Origin: Phycisphaeraceae bacterium
GTDB taxonomy: Bacteria; Planctomycetota; Phycisphaerae; Phycisphaerales; UBA1924
Direction of reading: 5' to 3'
DNA length: 36,932 bases
NCBI GenBank assembly: GCA_009827205.1
Contig: WUAK01000001.1
Location: 1-36,932, forward strand
The position numbers were made by a program, and so were the translations under genes. The notes beneath the pieces are model-generated. The model saw nothing but the letters and a program-made list of their open reading frames with translations. It ran no database searches and had not been told where the DNA came from. Below are positions 24,163 through 32,591 of the stretch, piece after piece (position 1 is the stretch's first letter; every line of letters starts with the position of its first letter).

Positions 24163-25500
24163 ATGGCCGGCAAAGTCTCATCAGATCCGAACGTCTTCCT
24201 CCTGCCCGACATCGGCGAAGGCCTGCAAGAGGCCGAGCTCGTCAAGTGGCTCGTGTCCGTGGGTGACACCGTCGAAGAAGGCCAGGACATGGCCGAGGTC
24301 GAGACCGACAAGGCGCTCGCCGAGATCCCCTCGCCCCGAAAAGGCGTCATCAAGGAACTCCGAGGCGAAGCCGGCGAGATGATCCAGGTCGGTGACCCGT
24401 TCGTCATCTACGAAGGCGGGAGCGCCCCCGCTGCCGAGGCGCCCGCTCCCAAAGCTGAGCCCGCACCCGAGCCCGAAGCCGCCTCAAACGAAGAGAAAGA
24501 CCAGGGCACGGTCGTCGGCAAGGTCGGCGATGACCTCGCTGGCATCTCCTCGTCCAACGGCAAGGCGCTGGCAACCCCCGCGGTCCGCCGCCTCGCACGC
24601 GACGCGGGCATCGACATCAACACCGTCGCTGGCTCGGGCCTTGGCGGACGAGTCACCAAGAAGGACGTCGAGAACGCCATCGCCGGCGGCGGCGCATCCG
24701 CCCCACGCAAGGCCGCGGCCCCGTCCCGACCCGCCCCCACATTCGAAGCACCCGCCCCAGCGCCCAAGCGAGAGATCACGCCCATCCCCGAGGGACAGGA
24801 GACCGTCGCGATCCCGTTCCGCGGAGTGCGCCGCAAGATCGCCGAGCGTCTGCGCGAATCGGTCGACAAAGCCGTCCACTTCACCGTCATGGATGAGGCG
24901 GACATCACCGAGCTCAACGCACTGCGAAAGAAACTATCCGCTGCTTCGGGCGAGAAGGTCAGCCCGCTGCCCTTCGTCGCAAGCGCGATCTGCAGCGTGA
25001 TGTCGCGTGACGAGTTCCGCTCGCTCAACGCAACGGTTGACGATGACGGCGAGCAGATCATCCAACACCGCGCGGTGCACCTCGGTATCGCCGCGGACAC
25101 AGAGAGCGGGCTGATGGTCCCCGTCATCCGCGACTGCGACGGCCTCGGCGTCCTCGAGATCGGTCGCGAGGTCAACCGCCTCGCACGCGGCGCACGCGAC
25201 CGCTCGATCGCCCGCGAAGAACTCATGGGCTCGACGTTCACGCTCAGCAACGTGGGCAGCCACGCGGGCCGGTTCGCAACGCCCGTGATCAACTACCCCG
25301 AGGTTGGGATCCTCGCCGCCGGTCGGGGCCGCGAGGGGATGGTCGTCAAGAACGGCATGTTCCGCGTGGGCATGCTGCTGCCCCTCAGCCTCGCGTGCGA
25401 CCACCGCGTCGTCGACGGCGCCACCGCCGCCCTGGCGCTCGCCGAGATAATCAAGCTGCTGGAGAACCCGGAGTCGCTCCTGGCACCGGCACGCGGCTAA
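24163..25500 (+). CDS. Dihydrolipoamide acyltransferase E2 component (lipoyl domain, subunit-binding domain, catalytic domain)
   Basis: It has the lipoyl motif VETDKALAEIPSP, an Ala/Pro linker, the PSBD ATPAVRRLARDAGIDI, and the catalytic SLACDHRVVDGA. Confidence 0.9.
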   Translation: MAGKVSSDPNVFLLPDIGEGLQEAELVKWLVSVGDTVEEGQDMAEVETDKALAEIPSPRKGVIKELRGEAGEMIQVGDPFVIYEGGSAPAAEAPAPKAEPAPEPEAASNEEKDQGTVVGKVGDDLAGISSSNGKALATPAVRRLARDAGIDINTVAGSGLGGRVTKKDVENAIAGGGASAPRKAAAPSRPAPTFEAPAPAPKREITPIPEGQETVAIPFRGVRRKIAERLRESVDKAVHFTVMDEADITELNALRKKLSAASGEKVSPLPFVASAICSVMSRDEFRSLNATVDDDGEQIIQHRAVHLGIAADTESGLMVPVIRDCDGLGVLEIGREVNRLARGARDRSIAREELMGSTFTLSNVGSHAGRFATPVINYPEVGILAAGRGREGMVVKNGMFRVGMLLPLSLACDHRVVDGATAALALAEIIKLLENPESLLAPARG

Positions 25501-26195
25501 AACAGCCCGAGCTGTTCACCCGGTTCACTCTCGACCCGTTCCAGCAGGGACGGGTCGTTGTTTTTCACGTTGCCCACGCGCGTTGAGACGGGTCTGAACG
25601 AGAGCCAGTCGGGTTCTTTCGGCTCGCACAAACCGATCGCGTCCTCCTGCGTGCCCGTGAGCCATGTGCTCCAGTCGTTCCCGCGGAGCATGACGGGCGA
25701 ACGCTCGTGGATCTCAGCCATCCGGCCTCGAGCCTTTGTCGTGACGACGGTGTACGTGTCGAGACGATCCTCGCCCGTGCCCCACCTATCCCACACGCCC
25801 GCCAGCAGCATGATCGACTCGTCCTCGGGCGAGACGTACCAGGGCTTCTTGCGCTTGAGTTCGCGGAGCGTCTCCCACTCGTAGAAGCCGCTGATCGGGA
25901 CGACGCACCGGCGCTTCTCGAAGGGCTCCTTGTACGCGGGTTTCTCGCTGATGGTCTCGCTGCGTGCGTTGACCATCTTGGAACCGATCGAGGGATCACT
26001 CGCCCAGCTCGGGACGAGCCCCCACGTGAGCGTGGTGAGCCCGGGTGAGCCATCCTTGCCCACGACGATGACGGGTGCGCGCATGGTTGGCGCCATGTTG
26101 AAGCAGGCGTCGATCGCGTCGTGGTGCGACCAGCCCAGCGAGATGAGCCGCATCACTTCTTCTGCGAGAAACACGTATGCGTATCTGGCGCACAT
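25497..26195 (-). CDS. SOS response-associated peptidase (SRAP / YedK-like, abasic-site processing)
   Basis: ORF 25497..26330. The start is set at ATG 26195 so that the protein begins MCARYAY, since Cys2 is the family nucleophile. Motifs are FNMAPT, MVNARSETI and PISGFYEWE. Confidence 0.85.
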   Translation of the reverse strand: MCARYAYVFLAEEVMRLISLGWSHHDAIDACFNMAPTMRAPVIVVGKDGSPGLTTLTWGLVPSWASDPSIGSKMVNARSETISEKPAYKEPFEKRRCVVPISGFYEWETLRELKRKKPWYVSPEDESIMLLAGVWDRWGTGEDRLDTYTVVTTKARGRMAEIHERSPVMLRGNDWSTWLTGTQEDAIGLCEPKEPDWLSFRPVSTRVGNVKNNDPSLLERVESEPGEQLGLF

Positions 26196-26217
26196 CGCAT
26201 CATGATACACTGGGCGC

Positions 26218-26643
26218 ATGGCATCCCCGCAAGACCTCGTCCCGGTCTCCGATGCCGCGGGCCCGGGCGAGGCGCACATCATCGCGTCCATGCTCCGCGA
26301 GAACGGCATCGAGGCGTTCGTCTTCGACACCGCCGCTCAGACGCTCCAGTGGGACGCCCCCCGGATCATCAACCCCTACCTGGTCCACGTGCAGCGGAGT
26401 GACCTCGAGCGTGCCCAGCAGCTGATCGCCTCAAACAGAGAGGCCTCGGTCGATCTGGATTGGGACGAGATCGATGTGGGTGAACCCGAGGGGGAGATGT
26501 CGCACATCAGGGGTGATCGAGAGGACTACGAGGATCGCTTCACAAGTGGGATTTTCACTCCAGCCAACTTATTCTTTCTGTTCTTGGCTGGTGTTGCGAT
26601 CTTTGCTATCGCAAGTTTCCTCAAGGCCATCAACGTGATCTGA
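26218..26643 (+). CDS. DUF2007-like small domain protein with a C-terminal TM helix
   Basis: GEAHIIASMLRENGIEAFVFD...VHVQRSDLERAQQLI resembles DUF2007. The C-terminal LFFLFLAGVAIFAIASFL is hydrophobic. Confidence 0.65.
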   Translation: MASPQDLVPVSDAAGPGEAHIIASMLRENGIEAFVFDTAAQTLQWDAPRIINPYLVHVQRSDLERAQQLIASNREASVDLDWDEIDVGEPEGEMSHIRGDREDYEDRFTSGIFTPANLFFLFLAGVAIFAIASFLKAINVI

Positions 26644-26647
26644 CTCA

Positions 26648-27496
26648 CTAAGGTGAGGGCTCGAGCCCCTCGCCGCTGACCGCCATGATGACCTTCGTGT
26701 AGCAGGGCTCAAAGCCGAGACGCATCGAGTTACGGTCGGTCGATGCACCAGGTGTCGAGTGGATCACGACAACCTTGGCGCCCCGTTTCTGCGCGCCGAT
26801 GACGCGATGCAGGATCATGGCCTGCTGAACACCCCTGCGCCTAAACTCCTCGAGCACGCTGACACCGAAGAGGACACCGACCGAGATGTCGTCGCCTCGC
26901 GGATATTCGGCGCCGCCCGCGCCGACGATCTGGTCTCCGAACTTTGCGATCAGGTAATCGCTGTGCGGGTGCGAGACGATCCTGCGGTGCATCCCGAGTT
27001 CCTTCTCGGTCGGCTCGCGCGGCTCGTCGGTAAACCCGCTCATCGCGACGCGCCACGACTCAAGAACGGTCGGCTCGTCATCGGGATCGACACGCTCGAT
27101 CACGAGCTTGTTGCCCCCCACGTCGACGGGCCAGCCTCCTGGGGGCGTCGGGTCGATCTGCTCGTTGTCCGCGATCTGTCGCGCGAGCACCGTCTCGAAC
27201 TCACGCAGCTCGAACTTGTGCTCTGCGAGCGCGAGTAGCAGAGATTCATCAACAAACTGAGCGATCTCGACCTTGGGCTCGACGCCTCGTGAAGAGAAGA
27301 ACTCGACAATCCTGGCGACTTCGTCGCTGGTTACCTTTCCCGAGAGCCCGATGCCGCACACCTGGTTGGACCACGAGCCTGGCTCGAGGTAGGTCATGAT
27401 GCCTCCCATGATTGGCTCCGCCTCGACGCCTATCTCCGTCATCGCGCGCGCCTGGCGTGCCTCCTCCATGTGTGCGATCTCAGCTGGCGTGAGCAT
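26648..27496 (-). CDS. GNAT family N-acetyltransferase
   Basis: VSVLEEFRRRGVQQAMI matches motif A (R-x-x-G-x-A). The protein is 282 aa. Confidence 0.75.
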   Translation of the reverse strand: MLTPAEIAHMEEARQARAMTEIGVEAEPIMGGIMTYLEPGSWSNQVCGIGLSGKVTSDEVARIVEFFSSRGVEPKVEIAQFVDESLLLALAEHKFELREFETVLARQIADNEQIDPTPPGGWPVDVGGNKLVIERVDPDDEPTVLESWRVAMSGFTDEPREPTEKELGMHRRIVSHPHSDYLIAKFGDQIVGAGGAEYPRGDDISVGVLFGVSVLEEFRRRGVQQAMILHRVIGAQKRGAKVVVIHSTPGASTDRNSMRLGFEPCYTKVIMAVSGEGLEPSP

Positions 27497-27541
27497 CCGT
27501 GTCCTTTCGCGGAATCCGTCCAGACAGACTACCCTTATCCC

Positions 27542-28537
27542 ATGGCTGAGACCGTTCAGTACGAGTGGACGCTTCTGCGTGCGGGCCGATTCCTGCTCGA
27601 CGGCGGGGGCATGTTCGGCATCATCCCTCGCAGCGTCTGGTCACGCTCGATCGAGACCGACGAGCGAAACCGGATCGAGCTCTCACACAACGCGCTGCTG
27701 CTCAGGGGCGGCGGTAGAACGATCCTGATCGAGGCGGGCACGGGCGACAAGCTCGATCCAAAGATGTCCGAGATCTTCGGCCTCGACGGACGCACGATCG
27801 AGCACGCCGTGCAGGACGCGGGTGTCGACCCGGGTGATGTCAATCTGGCTGTGGTCAGCCATCTGCACTTCGATCACGCGGGCGGGCTGACCCGCCGGGC
27901 GCGCGCGGGTGAGACTCCTGACTGGGTCGCTGGCAAGGGTCAGGCATCGGGTGATCAGAACGAGATCTGCTTCACGTTCCCCAACGCTGAGATCGTTTCG
28001 CAGAAACAGGAATGGGTTGACGCGATTGCCAACGACGCGGTGATGACGCGGACGTACTACCGCGACCATCTGCTGCCGCTCGAACTTCCGCTGCTAGGCG
28101 AGCGCCCCAGGCTGAGACTCGTCGAGAGCCCGATCCCGTTCCCGCATGACCAGAGGCCTCACCGCAGCGATCTGCCGACCTCGCCCGTTCGGAACCGGCG
28201 GACCGAGATCGCCCCGGGGCTCTTCGTGTTCCTGGTTCCCGGGCACACCTGGGGTCAGCAAGCCGTGATGTTCGAGGACACCGAGGGACGCAAGATCGTC
28301 TTTACACCAGACGTCATGCCCACGCACCACCACATCGGCAAGGCGTACAGCCTCGGCTACGACGTCGAGCCCTACACGAGCATGCTGAGCAAGCAGTGGC
28401 TCCTGACCGAGGCCGCCGACGCCGGCTGGCACCTCGTTCTCGACCATGAGCCCGGCGATGCGGTGTACAAGGTCCACAGGGGCGATCGGGGCTGGTTTGA
28501 TCTGGAGTCGACAGGCCTCACAGGCTGCAACTGGTGA
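27542..28537 (+). CDS. MBL-fold metallo-hydrolase
   Basis: ORF 27470..28537 with a likely start at ATG 27542 (MAETVQYEW...). The HxHxDH motif is VVSHLHFDHAGGL. Confidence 0.8.
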   Translation: MAETVQYEWTLLRAGRFLLDGGGMFGIIPRSVWSRSIETDERNRIELSHNALLLRGGGRTILIEAGTGDKLDPKMSEIFGLDGRTIEHAVQDAGVDPGDVNLAVVSHLHFDHAGGLTRRARAGETPDWVAGKGQASGDQNEICFTFPNAEIVSQKQEWVDAIANDAVMTRTYYRDHLLPLELPLLGERPRLRLVESPIPFPHDQRPHRSDLPTSPVRNRRTEIAPGLFVFLVPGHTWGQQAVMFEDTEGRKIVFTPDVMPTHHHIGKAYSLGYDVEPYTSMLSKQWLLTEAADAGWHLVLDHEPGDAVYKVHRGDRGWFDLESTGLTGCNW

Positions 28538-28549
28538 TCGGAGCTAGGA

Positions 28550-29236
28550 TTGGCCAGCGTGAGTGAACAGGCTGTCAAATCCGAGCCAGAGGCCCCCAAG
28601 GCGACCCCGCGGAGCCGCCCTCGAAAGGCGAAGGGGGTGCCCATTAAAGCGGGCGAGGCGGTCCCTGCCAAACGGACACTCATGGACCGGTTCGAGGCGT
28701 TCGTGAGCAAACTCAGCACACGAAACAACTTCTGGCACCGCGTCTGCTCGATGATCTGGCTGCCCTACGCGTTCCGAAGCGGTATCTCGATGCGCCGCAT
28801 CGATGACGAGACCTTCCAGGCTGTCCTGCCCTTCCGCAAGATCAACAAGAACTGGTACAACGCGATGGCCGGCGCTGCGCTTCTTGGCAACTCCGAGATC
28901 GCAGGCGGGATGTACGTCTTCGGATTCTGCGGCGGGGATTACACCGTCGTCTGCAAGAACCTTGAGTACCGCTTCCTCCGCCCGTGTCTCGGACCCGCGA
29001 TCTACAAGATCCGCCCGAAGACCGACATCAAACCCCTCGTCGATAAGGGCGAGGAGTTCGACGCAACTGTGCAATTGGACATCTACCAGGCGATACCCAC
29101 ACCGGGTAAGAAGAAGAAAATCTCCGAGGATGAGGCCGAGGATGTGCCCATGAAGGAGAAGCGCGTGGGCCGTGCGATCGCGATCTTCCACGCGACGCCC
29201 AAGCTGCATCAGAAGAGCCGCGGCAGACTGCCGTAA
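28550..29236 (+). CDS. Hypothetical protein, possibly hotdog-fold (DUF4442-like), with a Lys/Pro-rich N-terminal extension
   Basis: The ORF is in the track with a TTG start at 28550; ATG 28682 is an alternative. WYNAMAGAALLGNSEIAGGMYVF resembles the hotdog central-helix region. The family call is weak. Confidence 0.5.
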   Translation: MASVSEQAVKSEPEAPKATPRSRPRKAKGVPIKAGEAVPAKRTLMDRFEAFVSKLSTRNNFWHRVCSMIWLPYAFRSGISMRRIDDETFQAVLPFRKINKNWYNAMAGAALLGNSEIAGGMYVFGFCGGDYTVVCKNLEYRFLRPCLGPAIYKIRPKTDIKPLVDKGEEFDATVQLDIYQAIPTPGKKKKISEDEAEDVPMKEKRVGRAIAIFHATPKLHQKSRGRLP

Positions 29237-29265
29237 CTCGTCGCTCAGATTCTTATCACTCAATC

Positions 29266-29313
29266 ATAAAAATGACCGAGGGACCACGGCCCTCCTCCAA
29301 GCCATGGTCCCTC
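29266..29313 (-). terminator. Hairpin plus U-tract terminator for the minus-strand gene 29337..30179
   Basis: GAGGGACCA (29278-29286) and TGGTCCCTC (29305-29313) form a 9-bp stem. On the minus strand it is followed by GGTCATTTTTATGA. Confidence 0.5.
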
Positions 29314-29336
29314 AGTGCTTGAGAAGTTGGCGCCCT

Positions 29337-30179
29337 TTATCGTCGGCGCCGAACGAATGCCGTCGCTGTGAGCGCGATAAACGCTGCCCCCCCGGGAGGC
29401 GACGGGATCACCAGATCGAGATGCCTGGTCAGGTTGTTGAGTGTGATTTCAGTCGCACGCTCTGCGTCTGCAAGCGCGGTGTCGATGCCAACATGGATGT
29501 GCCCGGCAGCGAAGGTCTGGTAGTCCGAGCCAGGACCGTTGTTGATCATGTGCATCAGACCATGCAGCCCGATGAATTCGGAGAGGAACCGGCCCCCACC
29601 GTTGTCGTCGATGAACGCGTTGACTCCGAAGTCCTGGCCGTTGATGTCAGCCAATATCTCGTCCATGGGCAGTGAGCTGTCGTACCACTCGCCGGGCGTC
29701 AGCGTCTGAAAGAGCGGCATGTCCTCACTCGGGCGCCGATCGCCGTCGTAATCGGCAAGCCACCGCCGGCGCTCGTGCATCTGGAGTCGGCCTTCAAGCT
29801 CCCAGTTGCTGCCCGGAGCGCCCCTGCTGAACGTCATGATCGCCGCGGGGTTGATCGTGGGCAGGATCCGCTCCCAGTCGGCTGATGTGTCCTGGTAGTC
29901 GACCTCGAAGTCGCCCTCGCCCTGTCCCCAATTGGGGCCGGTCTGACCGGGGAACTCGGGGAAGAACGCGTAGATGTTGTAGCCTGAGTTGTTCCAGTTC
30001 TCGCCGGCCCAGCCGTCCGGGTTCTGCGCTGGGTTGGTGCTGAACTGCCGGAGCATGTTGTTCGTCTGAGGCCAGTAGCCGGTCAGGAGGATGTTGTTGG
30101 TGTAATTCTGCTGCGCACCGGTGGCCCCGGCAAGGAGAGCGATGAGCGTCGTCCCTGTCAATTGATGCGTAAGTCTCAA
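29337..30179 (-). CDS. Secreted protein with a PEP-CTERM-like tail; the body resembles the peptidase C15 (pyroglutamyl peptidase I) fold with Ser at the nucleophile position
   Basis: The signal is MRLTHQLTGTTLIALLAGATGAQQ and the tail is VIPSPPGGAAFIALTATAFVRRRR*. By-eye alignment to Pcp pairs ILLTGYWP with VLLTGFDPF, NWELEGR with PERVAIN, GGRFLSEFIGLHGLM with AGTFVCNHLFYGLM, and AAGHIHVG with GGFIHIP. Confidence 0.7.
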   Translation of the reverse strand: MRLTHQLTGTTLIALLAGATGAQQNYTNNILLTGYWPQTNNMLRQFSTNPAQNPDGWAGENWNNSGYNIYAFFPEFPGQTGPNWGQGEGDFEVDYQDTSADWERILPTINPAAIMTFSRGAPGSNWELEGRLQMHERRRWLADYDGDRRPSEDMPLFQTLTPGEWYDSSLPMDEILADINGQDFGVNAFIDDNGGGRFLSEFIGLHGLMHMINNGPGSDYQTFAAGHIHVGIDTALADAERATEITLNNLTRHLDLVIPSPPGGAAFIALTATAFVRRRR

Positions 30180-30303
30180 CGTGGTCCTCTCTTACGACAC
30201 GACAATCCGGCTCGACAGGCCGGATGTACCCTGAACCTATCACAAGATGGGCAAGGTGCCACACGTTTCGTGGAGCTATTGGGTGTTCCTAGACTGAGGG
30301 CTC

Positions 30304-31551
30304 ATGCAAACCCCCAAAGAACGCTCCCTGGGCCCAGCGGGTTGGGCTGTCTACCTCGGCTGCTCGTGGACGTGGTGCATCGGGATGTTCCTGCCCGCCC
30401 TCCTCATTCGGGACCTCGGGCTCTCGGGGTACGTGGTCTTCGCGGTGCCCAACGTCGTCGGAGCCGCGGCGATGGGCTGGGTGCTCAGGTCACCCGAGTC
30501 GAGCCGGCGGCTGGTCGAGCAGCACCGGGGGGCGGCGGTGCTGTTCTCGAAGGTCACTGTGCTCTTCCACGAGTTCTGGCTTGCCTGGCTTCTCGCGTGG
30601 GCTCTGTTCACACAGGGCTGGTCGATCTGGGTTGCGCTCGGGGTGGGCGCAACGACAATCGCTGTGCTCTCTGTAGGCCTCCTCGCACGCGGCTTCAGGG
30701 GGATTCAGTTCCAGGCTCTAGCTACCTGGACGGTGTCAGCTGCACTACTCGTGACGCTCGTCGTGACCGAGTCGGTTTCTCCCAACCCACAGGACACTCT
30801 TCAAAGTGTGCCTTTCTCCACCGACGTACTCTGGCTGTTGCCGGCAAGCGTGTTCGGGTTTCTCTTCTGCCCGTATCTGGATCTCACATTCCATCGAGCA
30901 CGATTGTCGAGCACAACCAGCGGCGAGTCACGGTTCGTGTTCGGCATGGGCTTTGGAGTCTTCTTCTTCTCGATGATCGTCCTAACCGTTCTTTACGCGG
31001 GTCCGATCTCTGCACTCACCGATCGTGATCCTGCAACAGTTGCGAGTGTGGGGTACTGGGTCGCCGCCTTCATCGCGCTGCACATGTTCACTCAGTTCAT
31101 GTTCACAACGAGCGTTCACCGCAAGGAACTCGAACGCAAAACCAAGACCTTCCTTGGTAAATACACGTGGTTTGAGTTCTGCTCATTCATGGCATTTGCG
31201 TTTGGCTTGTTCTGCGGACTCAGACCGGATTTGCCGACCTCGATCACGAGTCAACTCGATATGACTTCCGGCGAGATCGTCTATCGCAGCTTCCTCACCT
31301 TCTACGGCCTGATCTTCCCCACCTACGTCTACCTCAACGTCTGGGACATCCGCAAACGCTCACTCCGCCGGCAGACGAGGCGGAGCCTGCAGGTCACGGT
31401 CGCCGCGATCGTGCTCGCGTCGCCCTTCTTCTTCATGGGTTTCTTCGTGCGGGACGAGCGTTTCATCCCCGCGGGTGTGGCGATACTGCTGGCCGCCAAG
31501 CTCTTTACGGGTCGTGACGATCAGCAAGCGCCCACCGCGCAGCCTGCCTGA
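30304..31551 (+). CDS. Integral membrane protein, about 12 predicted TM segments, function unknown (possible transporter)
   Basis: The 415-aa ORF has about 12 hydrophobic stretches by eye and no confident family motif. Its 3' end overlaps queG by 47 nt (convergent). Confidence 0.75.
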   Translation: MQTPKERSLGPAGWAVYLGCSWTWCIGMFLPALLIRDLGLSGYVVFAVPNVVGAAAMGWVLRSPESSRRLVEQHRGAAVLFSKVTVLFHEFWLAWLLAWALFTQGWSIWVALGVGATTIAVLSVGLLARGFRGIQFQALATWTVSAALLVTLVVTESVSPNPQDTLQSVPFSTDVLWLLPASVFGFLFCPYLDLTFHRARLSSTTSGESRFVFGMGFGVFFFSMIVLTVLYAGPISALTDRDPATVASVGYWVAAFIALHMFTQFMFTTSVHRKELERKTKTFLGKYTWFEFCSFMAFAFGLFCGLRPDLPTSITSQLDMTSGEIVYRSFLTFYGLIFPTYVYLNVWDIRKRSLRRQTRRSLQVTVAAIVLASPFFFMGFFVRDERFIPAGVAILLAAKLFTGRDDQQAPTAQPA

Positions 31552-32575
31552 CAAGCCCGGGTTCGGATTCATCAGACTCGATCTGCTCGAGCTTGGAGCG
31601 CAGCTCGGGCAGTTCGTTTTTGTGTAGCGCATGACCCGCCGCGATGGCGGCGTTACGCCTGAACTGATCCAGCTTCACGCGCTTGAGCGCACTTGTCGCC
31701 AGAGCCTCGCGACGCTTGTCAGTGTCCCAGCCGAGGATCGCAAGCAGATCGAGGCCCGCTCGCTTGGTGCCGTAGCTCGCGTGCGATTCGTGATCCTCGG
31801 CGAAGGCCTTGGGCGAGTTGTGCGGGCAGACTTCCTGGCAGATGTCGCACCCGGCGACCCAGTCGCCCATCTGCGCCATGAGTTGCTCATCGATCGGAGA
31901 GCGGTGCTCGATCGTCAGGTAGCTGATGCACCTGGTCGCGTCTACCGAATAGGGTGTGATCGCGTCTGTCGGGCACGCGTCGATGCATCGCGTACACGTG
32001 CCGCAGTGGTCTTCATAGCTCGGCTGATGAGTCGGCTTGTCGAGCTTCATCGTTGTGAGGAATCCGCCGAGCACCATCCACGACCCGAGCGTTGGGTTGA
32101 TGACGAGCGTGTGCTTGGCGATCCAGCCAAGTCCGGCGCGAGCGGCGAACTCTCGCTCGTTCATCGGGGCGGTATCGACAAAGGCACGGAACTCCTCTCC
32201 CGGAAAAATGACCCGGGCTTCGTCGCAGATCGTGTGCAGCCTTTTCTTGATCGCCATGTGATAGTCGTGGCCTCTGGCGTACCGGGCGATGCGCCCGACG
32301 CCCGGCACGACCGTGTCTGCAGGCTCGTCACGCGTGGCGTAAAGGTCTGCGACCATCACGACCGACTGAGCACCTTCGAGAACCTGGTTCGGATCCTGTG
32401 TTGCGCCGAAGTGCTCGTCGAGATAGGCCATCTCGCCGTGCTTGCCCGCGTCGAGCCACTGGCGGAACTCGGTGCCCCATCTTGGCGGGTCGGCATCGCA
32501 CACGCCGGCGAGCGCGAAACCCTGAGCCTTGCACTTATCGAGAATCCAGGTTGCCGGATCGGAGTCGCCGGCCAT
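31505..32575 (-). CDS. queG: tRNA epoxyqueuosine(34) reductase QueG
   Basis: Motifs are CGTCTRCIDACPTDAI, CISYLTIEH and GCDICQEVCPHN. The C-terminal region is HEAT-like. Confidence 0.9.
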   Translation of the reverse strand: MAGDSDPATWILDKCKAQGFALAGVCDADPPRWGTEFRQWLDAGKHGEMAYLDEHFGATQDPNQVLEGAQSVVMVADLYATRDEPADTVVPGVGRIARYARGHDYHMAIKKRLHTICDEARVIFPGEEFRAFVDTAPMNEREFAARAGLGWIAKHTLVINPTLGSWMVLGGFLTTMKLDKPTHQPSYEDHCGTCTRCIDACPTDAITPYSVDATRCISYLTIEHRSPIDEQLMAQMGDWVAGCDICQEVCPHNSPKAFAEDHESHASYGTKRAGLDLLAILGWDTDKRREALATSALKRVKLDQFRRNAAIAAGHALHKNELPELRSKLEQIESDESEPGLVRQAARWALADRHDP

Positions 32576-32591
32576 GGGGTTGCCTTCGTGT

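Noticed and set aside
24038-24382. Track ORF 24038..24382 (114 aa)
   Set aside because: It lies out of frame across the E1beta C-terminal remnant and the E2 start. Its product is Ser/Arg/Thr-rich noise.
27542-28537. Calling the MBL hydrolase an AHL lactonase (quorum quenching) because of SHLHFDHAGG
   Set aside because: HxHxDH is generic to the whole MBL superfamily. Nothing else in the sequence or neighbourhood supports a lactonase assignment without a phylogeny.
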